A program made the position numbers and the translations under genes. 64,000 bases of DNA from Entomortierella parvispora E1425 (taxonomy: Eukaryota; Fungi; Mortierellomycota). Shown here piece by piece: positions 53,201 to 64,000 of the stretch (its first letter is position 1; each line of letters begins with the position of its first letter). The stretch is taken from assembly GCA_020891255.1 (NCBI GenBank), contig BQFW01000015.1, positions 434,001 to 498,000 of the forward strand. The letters are read 5' to 3'. Under the pieces are notes generated by a model. The model saw only the letters and a program-made list of their open reading frames with translations, searched no databases and had not been told where the DNA came from.

Positions 53201-53336
53201 CACGACACTGCAGGTGCAACAACAAGTGCAGGTTCAAATCCAAAACCTGGTCGTGCAATCCACCTCGACCGCCCATCGCGCCTTTCGTAGTGCCTCCTCT
53301 ACCCTAAACGAGGTGCTCTTCCGCGCTAAAAAGTAA
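50215..53336 (+). CDS. Ser/Gln/Glu-rich low-complexity protein of about 758 aa, DUF1752/DUF3295-like (three exons)
   Basis: Exons 50215-50590, 51263-51328 and 51502-53336 join in phase through canonical GT-AG sites. The junction yields VIWK|AYSRVKQTIADNQPKPLETMSEYW; further motifs are KFFVCEDSDEDDD and RRKSSSLLSDLL. The family label is tentative. Confidence 0.75.
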
Positions 53337-53882
53337 AACAAAAACAATAAATAAAAAGTTTTGCTTTGTTTTCTTTTGAAAAAAAACAACGCTTGAAAAA
53401 AAAAATAGTCCAGTAATGTTGTGCATCTTGCGACGACGATGACACGCGAACGCGACGCGACTGCACGGACATCTCCCACTTCCTTTCTTTCTTTCTTCCT
53501 TCTCCATGGGAGGGTGGCATTGACAAAAGGTTCGTTCTGGAGAAACCTCCGCCGATATCCACTGGGAAAATACAAACGTCCCATTTGATGAAACTGAAGC
53601 AGAAGTGATGGATTTATTTGGATGGCAACTCAACTATGTATATGCTTGATGACGGCCAAAGAGGTATAAGTACACATGCAAGAGGATGGTGGGGGATGCA
53701 ATGCCAGAAATGAAAAGCAAAAGAGTTGAAGGGAGGGGGAAAGGGCAACCGAAGCTAGATACAAAAACAACGCTCCCACTCCTTGAGCCGCTGCAGAAGG
53801 TGGTTGCCCAACAAGAAAGGAAAAAAATATGGACAAGAAAAAAAAAGTAAAAGAAAAAACACAAGGAAAAAGGACCACTTTT

Positions 53883-56800
53883 TTAGTCTGATCCAATGTC
53901 TTCGACCAAGGTCCTTGTGCGAACCCAAGCGTTCAGTCCAACCACAGTAGCCAAACACACAAAAGTGAGCGTGGGCATCAATCGGGTTCGTACCCATTGA
54001 CCTTGGTGTGCAGCATGGTCAAATTGGCTCGCATGACTGCCCAACAACAACCCGGTTCTTTCGTCGGCAGTCTTGATGTTGTAAGGAGAAGAAACCTCAT
54101 CTCCATCCTCTTCGTCGGGATGTGCGCCGTCCATGCGGATCAAATGCGCCCAGACGGTCGAGCCCATGCAAAGACAACTGACTACCAAGAACAAGCTTGC
54201 GACCTCCAATCCAACACCGTCTCCCAAGTTCATCAGCGCTAAAACGAGGCCCATAAACAACAGACTGATGTTCACACCATCCAATCCAGTCCAGAACCAA
54301 CGGGCCAATCTTCTGCGGCGGGCCTGCTGCAGTCGCTTGCGCTCTTGTTCAGACGCATAGGTAGAGTCTGTGGAGGTGGACGACAAATTGGAGAGTGTTC
54401 TTGGTAGGACACGACGGGATTGTTGTTCAAGCTCTCCAACATAAGAAGGAAGCACAGAGTCTTCCTCCTCCTCCTGTTCTCTTGAGAATAGGAGCATGGA
54501 CTTGAAAGGCACCACAGGAACCCAAGCCGTACACTTGTCCCACCAGATACTTGCTGGAGACTTTTTGAACGTAACCTTCTTTCTGGGTCTGCGACTCTCT
54601 GAGACAGGCGAAGATTGAGTCGACGAGGATGCTGACCCATAACAGGACGAAGCCGCGGATGTCCGGCCACGCTCCATAGCGGGTGACAAAGGCGACAACG
54701 GACTCGTCAGGCTGGACTGAGAGCCATACTTTTTCAAACAGCTGACGACAGGCTTTTTCTTGGGGTGATGAGGATGCTTCTTTTTGAAAGCAGAGTCCAA
54801 GGAAGTATCGCCCTGCTGTTGAATCATCATCCGGTTGACAGCGACAAGATCCTGGACCTCCTCATGGAATGTAACTGAAGGTGGAGGGGATGCTCTGACT
54901 CTGGTCTCAGAAGACGATGAGGTGGTAGAGGTGGAGGCGGAGGCCTCGAGCTGAGTGAACTGGAAAGGGTTATCCAGGATCGACTTTCGCCTCTTGCTTT
55001 GCTCCTGCTTCGACTTTGAGGACTTCAACAACTCTCCAAGACCACCCTTGCCCTTGCCCTTCATGCTATTCACAATGTTGAGGGGGTTGGATGAAGAGGA
55101 GGAGAGAGAAGAGGCAGTTGAGCCCGTGCCAGAGACTGGGGACGAGCCACCAGTGTCAGACATGGTTGTGGCGGAAGTGGTGCTCGACTGGATGGTGTCA
55201 TTGGAAGACGAGACCTGGGAGGAGTTGGAGCCCGAGTCCTCGCGGCCAGTGAGCATTGCGGGCTTGCGGATATCGCGGTCCATGTCCGAGAGCTAAAAGC
55301 AGAGGTAGGAAAAAAGGAACAATGTGAGAAAGCGAACGAACGAACGTGGGAACCTTCCATCAACCTCAGCAAGCCAAAAAAAAAAAAAAAACAAAAACAA
55401 AAACAAAAAAGCAAATCAAGTCAAGCTCATCCATACCCAGAAAGGAAGCAGACCGACCCGGGATTCGTACAGCGTTGCAATCGCGTGCTGGTCCTTGGTG
55501 AAGTGGGGCACCATCTCGACCAGATGGCTTTGCGCGATGCGGTCCACCCAACTCATCGCCTGTCGGGCTGCCTCGATCCGCTCGTCCTCGTCATCATCCT
55601 CGGCCTCTCCTTCGCTCTTCCTGCGTGGGACCTCGGTCAAGGTGCGGATCTGCATGATGGCGTAGGGGAATCGGACGATCTGCTCCGAATCGTCCTCGCC
55701 CAGCTCCATGAATGGATACTCTTCTGCCTTCAGATCTCTCGTTGGGGCCCATGTCGCTGGTCGCTCCAAGAGATCCCCGCCCTCCTCCTCTGTTGCACTT
55801 GAATTTGGTGGCGATGCCTTGGAGACGGCGCGCTCACGCACCATCACGACATCTGTATCAATCGTGATCCGCACACGAGCATCCCCGGGGACCTGGAATG
55901 CCGTCCTGTTGAAAAAGGTCTGAATCACGGGCTGAAGACCCTGTTGGTGGATCCGGGACTGGATGCGCTCAGTCGATTGCTTGAATTGCTCAATCTCCTC
56001 CTCTGTCTTTTGGCCAGATCGCCGCATCTGGTCTACAATCTTGTCAATCTTGGCAGACCCTTGCAAAAGCCGGGGCACATTTTTGGACTTGATCTGAAAC
56101 CGGTGCTTGGTCACAATAGGATCCTGTTGCTCTTGCTGCGCATCCGCCAACCCTGACGAAGACGACGTGGAGGAAGGGACGCTGTCTTTTTGTTGGTGCT
56201 CAACCCAGATATGCTTACGCTCAGATCCATACCATCTCAGCCTGACCGTCTCAGTCCTGTCCCGATGTTCGACCTGGCCCATGTAGAGCTCCAGATCTTG
56301 GTTATCCAGATAAATAGTCGATACTGGACTCTCGCTCGTTAGACAACCGATCAGTTGGGAGGTGGAACGATGGGACGAATTCAACGCCGGCGTTGGTTCA
56401 TACACCACCAAGGGCAAGTACTTCAGGATTAACATCTTCAAATCCATCAACGAATCTGGGTGTACCCAGAATGTCGTCTTGTTGGCCTTGAATGATCCGT
56501 GACCGTGTTCTTGTTGACTTAGCTTCAGTCTCATCTGCAGCTCCTCCTCTTCCTCATCTTGTGATGAATCGATCGATCGTGCTTTTGAAACCGCCGGTGC
56601 AGTTCCTGTCCGGACAATGTTGTAGAGAGTCGAAAGTCTACCAACCAAAGGATCAAATCTTTGCTTGTGGAACGGCTGTTGCTTCAACTGAGCATTCATG
56701 AACGAAGGCCTCAGACTAGGGAAACCAGAGTGTTTGTCATGCTTCTTGATAATCTTGAGGAAGGCAGTGTAGTTCAACCGCTGAAATCGGGCCAGGTCCT

Positions 56801-57256
56801 GGAGATCCTGCGTGATCTTGTTGATCTCAGATTCCGTCACAACAAATGATGACAAGGTGAGCTTCTCTGAAGATGCTGACAGTCTTGTGGATGAGGTCGA
56901 GGCAGAGGCAATTTGATGCTGTTGAATTGTAAACTCGCAGTGCTCTGTCCGCCGTTGGACCTCGCCAAGTTTGAGGGCTTGAAACGAAGCAACCTATCCC
57001 AAAAAAAACGTCAGGGTAGGTTTGGTGAGTTTAGTAGGCACTAGAAAAAAATAATTCGCCTCTCACTCGTAAATAACAAAGACAATACCTTATCAAGCTC
57101 TGCCTTTAGCAAATTAACAAACTGAGCTTCGTCCTCCTCTGTGAACTCGCGCTCATGACTTCTCGACTTGAGGTGGGCCTTGAGTCCATCATAGTCAACA
57201 AAGTGGTATTTCCAGTGTGGCGCTCGATGTGCCTTGAGTTGTGTGCCGAATTTCAT
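53883..57256 (-). CDS. SPX-VTC-TM protein (vacuolar transporter chaperone Vtc2/3/4 family), diverged
   Basis: SPX: MKFGTQLK..FVDYDGLK..LNYTAFLKIIKKHDK. VTC domain: FWVHPD..LILKYLP, STIYLDN, VRLRWYG, FFNRTAFQVPGDARVRITIDTD, FPYAI. Three C-terminal hydrophobic helices. Introns 56994-57088 and 55293-55436. Confidence 0.9.
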
Positions 57257-59900
57257 TTCTCTGGTAAGGGTATGTGTTGAATGGGAAGGGTATATGTAAA
57301 GAGGAGGGGACTGCGATAAACCACCCACGTAGGAATGACGAGTGATAGAAAAAGAGACAAGGACGAAGAAAGAAAGAGGAAAGAAAGAAGAAAGGTCAGT
57401 TTGAGACAAGGTACAATGGCAACGACTTCAGGGAGAGGGTGAAGTAATCCTTCTCCCGAATAGGCCATGGAATATGAAAAATTGCTTCTAGTCTTTCCAT
57501 GCGAGGAAAATGATTGAAAGACAGAAGGGGGAGCACGATCGATTCCCTCCCCTCACTTTTTCCTTCTTCCCGTCGGCCGAGGGACAGGGGTTCAAGGCTT
57601 ACCTGTGTCCGTGCTGCTGTATTTTTTTTTTTTCACTTTTGGTACCACCACGAATGCTGATCAATGATAGGGAAATGAGGTGCAGGCTAGCAATGGAGAG
57701 AGAAGGAAAGTTAGTGAACTCTCTTGGTTTGCCTGCAAACCGCCTCTCCAAAACTCCATCCGCCACACAGGATGATTGCAATGGGAACATTGGGGTCGTA
57801 AAAGAAATCATGTACGTATGAAGTTGTGAGCACTCCAGTGGGTAATAATAAAGTAAAAAGAAAAAAATAAAGAGCCAGGTAAAATTCAACCCCGATGTTC
57901 CATGTTTGGCTGTACCCTTCGTTTTTGTGGTTTTTTTGTCAGCCGAGGATTGGTAGAAATTCAGGGCACAAGTGGGAAAAGAAGCAGGCACCGGAAAAAA
58001 AACAGCGGGGAAGTATGAGGAGAAGAGTGGAAAAAAAATGAAATGGGAAGATGAAGGATGAAAAGACGGAAGAACACCACAGTCAGCAAAGCTCAGCCCA
58101 AAGGGCTTTCAAAAGAGAAAATTATGGAAACAGTCTAGCAAGGAAAGAAAAAAGGGAGAAGGGAGCTCTTTGGCACGCGGAAGGAACTCAACTACCGTTT
58201 CCCTCTGCCTCGATCTCTTTTTGTCCCCTGGATACTGGTGCGAACTAGAAAAGGGTCAAGCATAGTAGAAACAGGAGAGGTGGGGGGGGGGAGGTTGCTA
58301 AGCTGCAAGCAGGGACGAGCTTGTGGCATTTCCGCGCTACAACCACACACACTCACACATACATTCGCATGCACGCACACACACTCTCTCTCCCTCGGAA
58401 ACTCGCACACACGTTGATAGATACAAAAGACATGCCTACAGTCACCATTGGTTCCAATTGTTCCTTGACTTGTTAAGGCGTAGATGCTGTTTCAAGAAGT
58501 TTCGCTCCCATTGCTCTTCCTCTCACTTTTTTTTGCTCACTTCACTCCTCAGTGCTCCTTCTTGGATGCTCTGCGGTCAAACAACCTCTCCTTGTTCTTT
58601 GTTTGATCGTATGAGTTGACAAAGGAATTGATATTTTCTTCCCAGACAGTCTTCTCTTTTATCATTCTAGTTTCTCGGTCTTTGTTGATTTGTTTTGCAT
58701 GCATGCTCTCATCATTTTCTAGGTCTTTGCACCACCACCACACGATCAAAAACTCGAGCACAAACACAGGAGGCGGGGCTGGGGAAGTGAAGAAGGGGGG
58801 ACACAAATGCAAAAAAGATGAATTGAATTCCTCTCCCCCCAAAGAAGAACACACAGGCCACGATGCGTGGACGACTCGAGATATGCAGATATGCAGAACC
58901 CTGCGTCTCGACTCCGGAGCTTTCTTCGTCCACCCTTCCCTTCTTCTCCGACAGCGTTACTGTCTTTCTTACAGCCCGGCCTAACTAAGCCCGCTCTATT
59001 TTCCTCCCGTGGGATGGTGGCGTTTACTATGACAGTCCTTACCGTAGAAAGTCCTCGATGATTTGCTGCTACAAGGGGGCTGGAAACCTGATCCAAGGAG
59101 ATATCAGAGAACGGTCGAGTTGCAAGGAGAATACAGAAGAACGAAGTTAATCATCTATCGCTGTGTGAAGGGATGGATCCCTCTCGAGTTTCAACCGTTT
59201 TTTTTTCCTTTGGTGTGGTGTATGCAATGTCGAAGGGGAAGGAGTCGTGCTAAGAGCAGGGGCCACAAACCCGTCCGTCTCCTCGTCACTATCATCAACC
59301 ACACCTTGCTGATGACGCGGGCGATACTGTTTCTAACAAACAACCCATCCCATTCCCTGGCACAAAGTTCAGCTCGCTGCGCCAGGACCAGAGGAAAGAG
59401 CGAATAGGAAATGATTAAGAGTATTTTTTTTGGTTTTTGGGAGGCGGAGACTGGGACAGGAGAATAAACATGTAGGGCAACCATGGCCGGCTGTCTTTTG
59501 AACCCCCAGGCCATGGCCTCTGCTGCTCCAGTAATACGAAATGAAAAAAAGCGTAGAAGCATGGCACATAAAAATATAAAAAGGAGAAAAGTGACGATCA
59601 AGAACGACACATCATCGACGGCCATAGGTTGTCGGCAGACTAGAGCAATTGCGTTCGAGCCTTTGCGACTTACAACAACGAGGGCAAACGAGTGGCTGGT
59701 GATGAAGAAGGAGGAAAGACTGGGTTGCACAGAGACGCTCTAACGTTTTCAGTAGGGTCGAGGAGAGTGGTGCAACCAAGGGTCGAAGGAAGGAGCGTAA
59801 TAGTGAACAGGGTGCGAGAAGGAAAGGAATAAGTGAGTGAAGGGGAAGCGTTAAACGAGTTGAATGGTTCAATGAGAGAAGGGGAGGAGAGGAGGTGATG

Positions 59901-59940
59901 GAATGAAGGGGAATGAAGGGGAATGAAGGGGAATGAAGGA
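59901..59940. repeat. 10-bp minisatellite (GAATGAAGGG)x4
   Basis: Seen directly; the last unit ends GGA. Confidence 0.9.
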
Positions 59941-62900
59941 AATAAACAATGCCAACGAGTCAATGAATGCACACTGAGGGAAAGAACGAAGAAGAGAAGA
60001 GGCGAGAGTCAAACAAGCGGGAGGACGGGTGAAACGAGGCGAAGGCGCAACGAGGCCTGGATCCACGAATCTGACAGGGAGGAACAGAGAGCCAACCAGA
60101 GAGGGCGGAAATGAAGCGATCGAAACCGGTGACAGGGCAATTGACCGACTGGATGAGTTGAACCTGACCATACCTTTGGGAGGAGCAGATAGATAGCAAA
60201 CGATCGATGTGATTGTGGTGCGATCCAAGGAGCGTGGCTGGTTGGTTGGATGGGAGGATTGCCGTGGGATAGAAAGGAGGGGGGAAGGACTTGGGCGTGA
60301 GAGGTAGAGAGATAGAGAAACAGAGAAACAGAGATAGAGAGATAGAGAAAGAGACAGGGTAGGAAGGAGCAGTGCACAAGGTGGGAAGGCAGCAAGAGAG
60401 AAACAGAAAAGACCGGGCACCAGCGCCTTGCTTTTATATGAAAAAGTGCCTCTTCGGACCTGCAAGCAGGCAAGCCAGCAAGCAATCCAGCAGCAAGCAT
60501 GCTCGCACGAACACCCCCGCTGCGGCCACAATCGACCGCTATTCAGTCGCGGAGTCTGCTGATTCAATTGCTTCTTGCCAGTTGCCAGGCTTTCGCGCTG
60601 TGGGCGCTCGATGGCGAGCAGGAGTGCTGGAGTTGAATTCAACGGATGCACCACTCGCAGTGCTGCCCAAACCTCTGCTGCTGCTCCTGCCTCTCTTGCG
60701 TGCTGCTGCTGTTACTCTCTCCAGGCTGGCTCTCAATTGAGGGGAGGGGGAGAGAGAGTAGAGTATGGTGCATAGCAACCTCCCATCTACCCCAACCCCA
60801 AGACTCCCCTGTCTTCATCTCGCTCTCGGTCTCTCTCAAATCCAGCATCAGACTGCAGAGGCGAGACTCGATCCCACTCCAACTCAGAGAGAGACCTTCT
60901 CCACTCCCCACCTTTGCTTCTCCTCCTGGCGATCCCTTATCAGTCTCACCGTTAGTCGATCTCACAGACTCTTCTTGCCATGCAACTGAAATGGTTACTC
61001 TAGCTTTTGGGGGGCAGCTCTCCTTCCTGTTCTCTCCGCCCTCGATCTCGCCATGGTTTTCTCGCTGGCTTCTTGTGCAACCACCACACGACCAAGAATT
61101 CGCCAACAGCTGAGCTTCTCGCCCTCCCTCCATGTGTAAACTAAATTCTGCGATCACGCCAATTGAGTCTATAGCCCAGCAGGTCCCTGGCTTTTTGCAA
61201 TTCCAAGGGTCGACAACAAAAGAAAAAAGTTGCTAGAAACGACCTGCAGAATGGACTAGATGCTCTCACAGACACACCGCGTGTGCATGCTTTCCTTGTG
61301 TAGTCTTGTACTCGCTCGCCTGTTCACCCCAGTTGGAGCTCACGCCATGAATCATGTTTTTGTTGCTGCCGTTCGTCGTTGGTTCAGTGCCGTATCCGAT
61401 TAGTGGTATGTATGTTGGCAAACATGCACATACACATTTGTCGCGTATCGGTCGGTTTTGAGCACTCATCCCCATCCGGATGTTTGAATGTGGTCCCTTT
61501 TCGGATCCCTTTTTGACTCGTGATTGAACCAGAACCATTCGAAAAAAAAAAAAGATACAATGCTACTTTTCTTGTGTCCGCTATTTCCAAGTCGAGTATT
61601 ATTGCGAATCTCTCTGCCTCCCCTATCTTTCTCACACACGTACACGCACCCTCCCCCCATGTCGCCCCAGGGGTGTAGATTATCCGGGTCCTGACCCACT
61701 CGCCACTAGAAACGAAAAAATGACTAACTTTTTCTGTTCTGATTGATGTTTATTGGCGTTAAGATTCTCTCCTCTTTTGCGGGCACCACAACTCGAGTCA
61801 TCAGAATGTTGCTGAACAACCTAAAAAGGGCTTCATCGTCCAACAATGATTCGTGTTATACTTTACAGTGGCAACGTCCTCGTCTATTTTTCTATGGGTT
61901 CAACAACTGGTGAGTAGGGTTCTTTGAAAATGATTATCACTAATGAGGAAGAGCAAAAAGAGTTCCTGTCTGCTGATCAGCCAATTTCGCTCCGAAGGGG
62001 AAGTCCAGTCCATCGGGCTTGAGGCTAAATGAAATGTTACTGTGTAACGGACATGCACCTCCATCGATGTGAGGATTGTTCTGGGGGGATTGATTATTCC
62101 TCCCCTCCCTCTTCTTCGAGCAGAAGCACGAGCTTGTATGGGCAAAAACGGCCATACCACTATGAAAGGTGGAAAAGGACACCATCCGTGCTAAAAAGGG
62201 CGGGAACCCAAGTTTGGCGGTCCCCTGTTCTTTCTCCTCTTCAACTCCATCTCAGATTGTGGAACCCTGAAGGCCCCATCTCGTCGTTGTCAGATCGTGA
62301 GAATAAGGCACGATAGCAAAAAGAACAGAAAAGATTATCTCCAAGTCAAAAAGAGAATGACATCGATGTTTGCTACTGCCTCTCCGGCTCGTGGCATGCT
62401 TTTCCTTATCCTTCCTTTCTTGTGCAACTGCAGTGTCAAAAAAATCTGTTGCGCCATGCGGCTGACAGATTGGAACAGAGAGCGAGAATGAGAGCTGAGC
62501 AAGCGAGTAAAAAGGAAGGGTTCCATGGATGCTGCAAGGACATTCGCCCCTCCCCATTTCTTCGGTAACGAACTCGTGGGCTTTTTTTTTATCCCAATTC
62601 GCTTTATCTGCTCTCCTGCGCCTCAAACACAGCCGATCCGGTCCATCATACGCGATTCTCTCGACAAAGGTCTGTCTGTTTCAACGATACCACTCTGAAT
62701 TCTCTTTCTGTCTTTCCCTGTCTCCCGGCGCCTTCCCTGAGCGAAAACGGTTCTAGTTTCTGTGATTTTATTTCTCTGGTACATTTGGATGCATCCCGAG
62801 GTCTCAAGAACAGCCTTCGAGACGTTCATTCACAGCCAGAGAAGAGAGTACATACACCAGCCAGACTACGTACTGTAAAAATGCCTTTTCTCGGGTACCA

Positions 62901-64000
62901 TAGGGCGCAAGGACAACTGCAGGACACCACACGATCAATTACGATTTTAGAATCCGCTGCTTGGAGTCCATTGCAATTGAAGCTCAGGAGTCAAAGAACT
63001 AAAAAGTCCGTGAATTGTGTGATTTGTGGATCCTCTTTGGGCCTTTGGGCATTTTTTTTGAACTCTTTTTGACTTCCTCATGTTTCCCCAGTTTTTTTTT
63101 CTTTTATCGATCGACGGGTCTCACCTCCATCTCCATTTTTAAGGTCATATGCTAAAAAAAAAATAAAAAAAAAAATGGAAAAGCTTTTCTATATCTCTGG
63201 GATGAACTGGCTGACCGACCAGTAGAGGGTCACTCCTCCTGCTCGTCTGTATTTGTCTCTTGGGCACGTTTCTTTCCATGTGCATCCCAGGGCCCTCAAC
63301 GTATGAAGCACATGAAGATCTCTGTCACCACTTGGTTTGCAGCTCTGGAGCTACGGATCTGTTGGAGCTACAGGGGATCATCTCCGTATTCACTGTTCAG
63401 TGCTTTGATTTGAAGGACCGCTGTTGAACCCTTTCGGGTTCTCCTTGGGAAAGGAAGAAGAGAGGATCGGTTGGTGCAGTGCCTATATCGATTAATGACC
63501 GACTCTTGCGCCCGACCCCTGCTCGTCCCGACCGCGCACAGGGAATTCGACACCCGCTCTCCGTTTTCGTCCCTGGCAGACCCTGGTGGACAAGGTTGAT
63601 CTCCAATATGGACCAATCACAGCCGCACGTGGACCCCACGGTTGGACACAAATCTCTTTTTGTTTGCTCTGACTGCCTGTGGGTGCTCTTCAACGGCCCT
63701 CTGAACCTTAGTGCGGGTCTGTGCAACCCTCCCAAATGAGGAACGTACTCAAGAAGGCGAGAGCATCGTTTAGACTACCCTTTGTTCTTGGTTCAGAAGG
63801 GGAGGGATGCACGAAATGGAGGGACGGGAACAACATTTGCATGGCTCAGGGATCCTTGCAAGGTTTGCTCGTGTGATACCTTTTTTTTTGTTTTTCTGGG
63901 GTCCAGATGCTGGATGGCGTTGGATCGGCAAACTCTTACCGACAATTTCCCGTTTGAAGGACTCAGGCTGAAATAGGGCTGAGGGCTGGTGCAGTGTGGA

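Overview
This is eukaryotic, intron-rich fungal DNA. The gene set and style fit an early-diverging Mucoromycota (Mortierellaceae-like) fungus; that assignment is inference. The left 29 kb is a compact run of mostly housekeeping genes: a window-truncated orphan ORF, ICP55/XPNPEP3, gamma-SNAP, NDUFAF2-like, NTA1, C2CD5-like, the RSP5/NEDD4 HECT ligase, an SDR, TSR2, a 4-TM orphan, MRPL12, a small orphan and a secreted tandem Ig-like protein. The right part holds RBM5/10-like, a PIN-like (PILS) transporter, a Ser/Gln-rich DUF1752-like protein and a degenerate SPX-VTC paralogue, separated by long gene-poor spacers. The stand-out is an accessory-looking island at about 31.3-38.6 kb. It carries an intronless gene of about 1,075-1,095 aa with a DZIP3-type HEPN domain (intact R-X4-H), a carboxylate-clamp TPR, SEL1 repeats, a second TPR, a beta-rich domain and a MYND finger. 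This is a candidate chaperone-linked HEPN RNase immune or stress effector, followed by decayed ORF remnants and short duplications. No tRNA, rRNA, CRISPR array or recognisable transposase was found. All exon boundaries were read by eye and no database searches were run.
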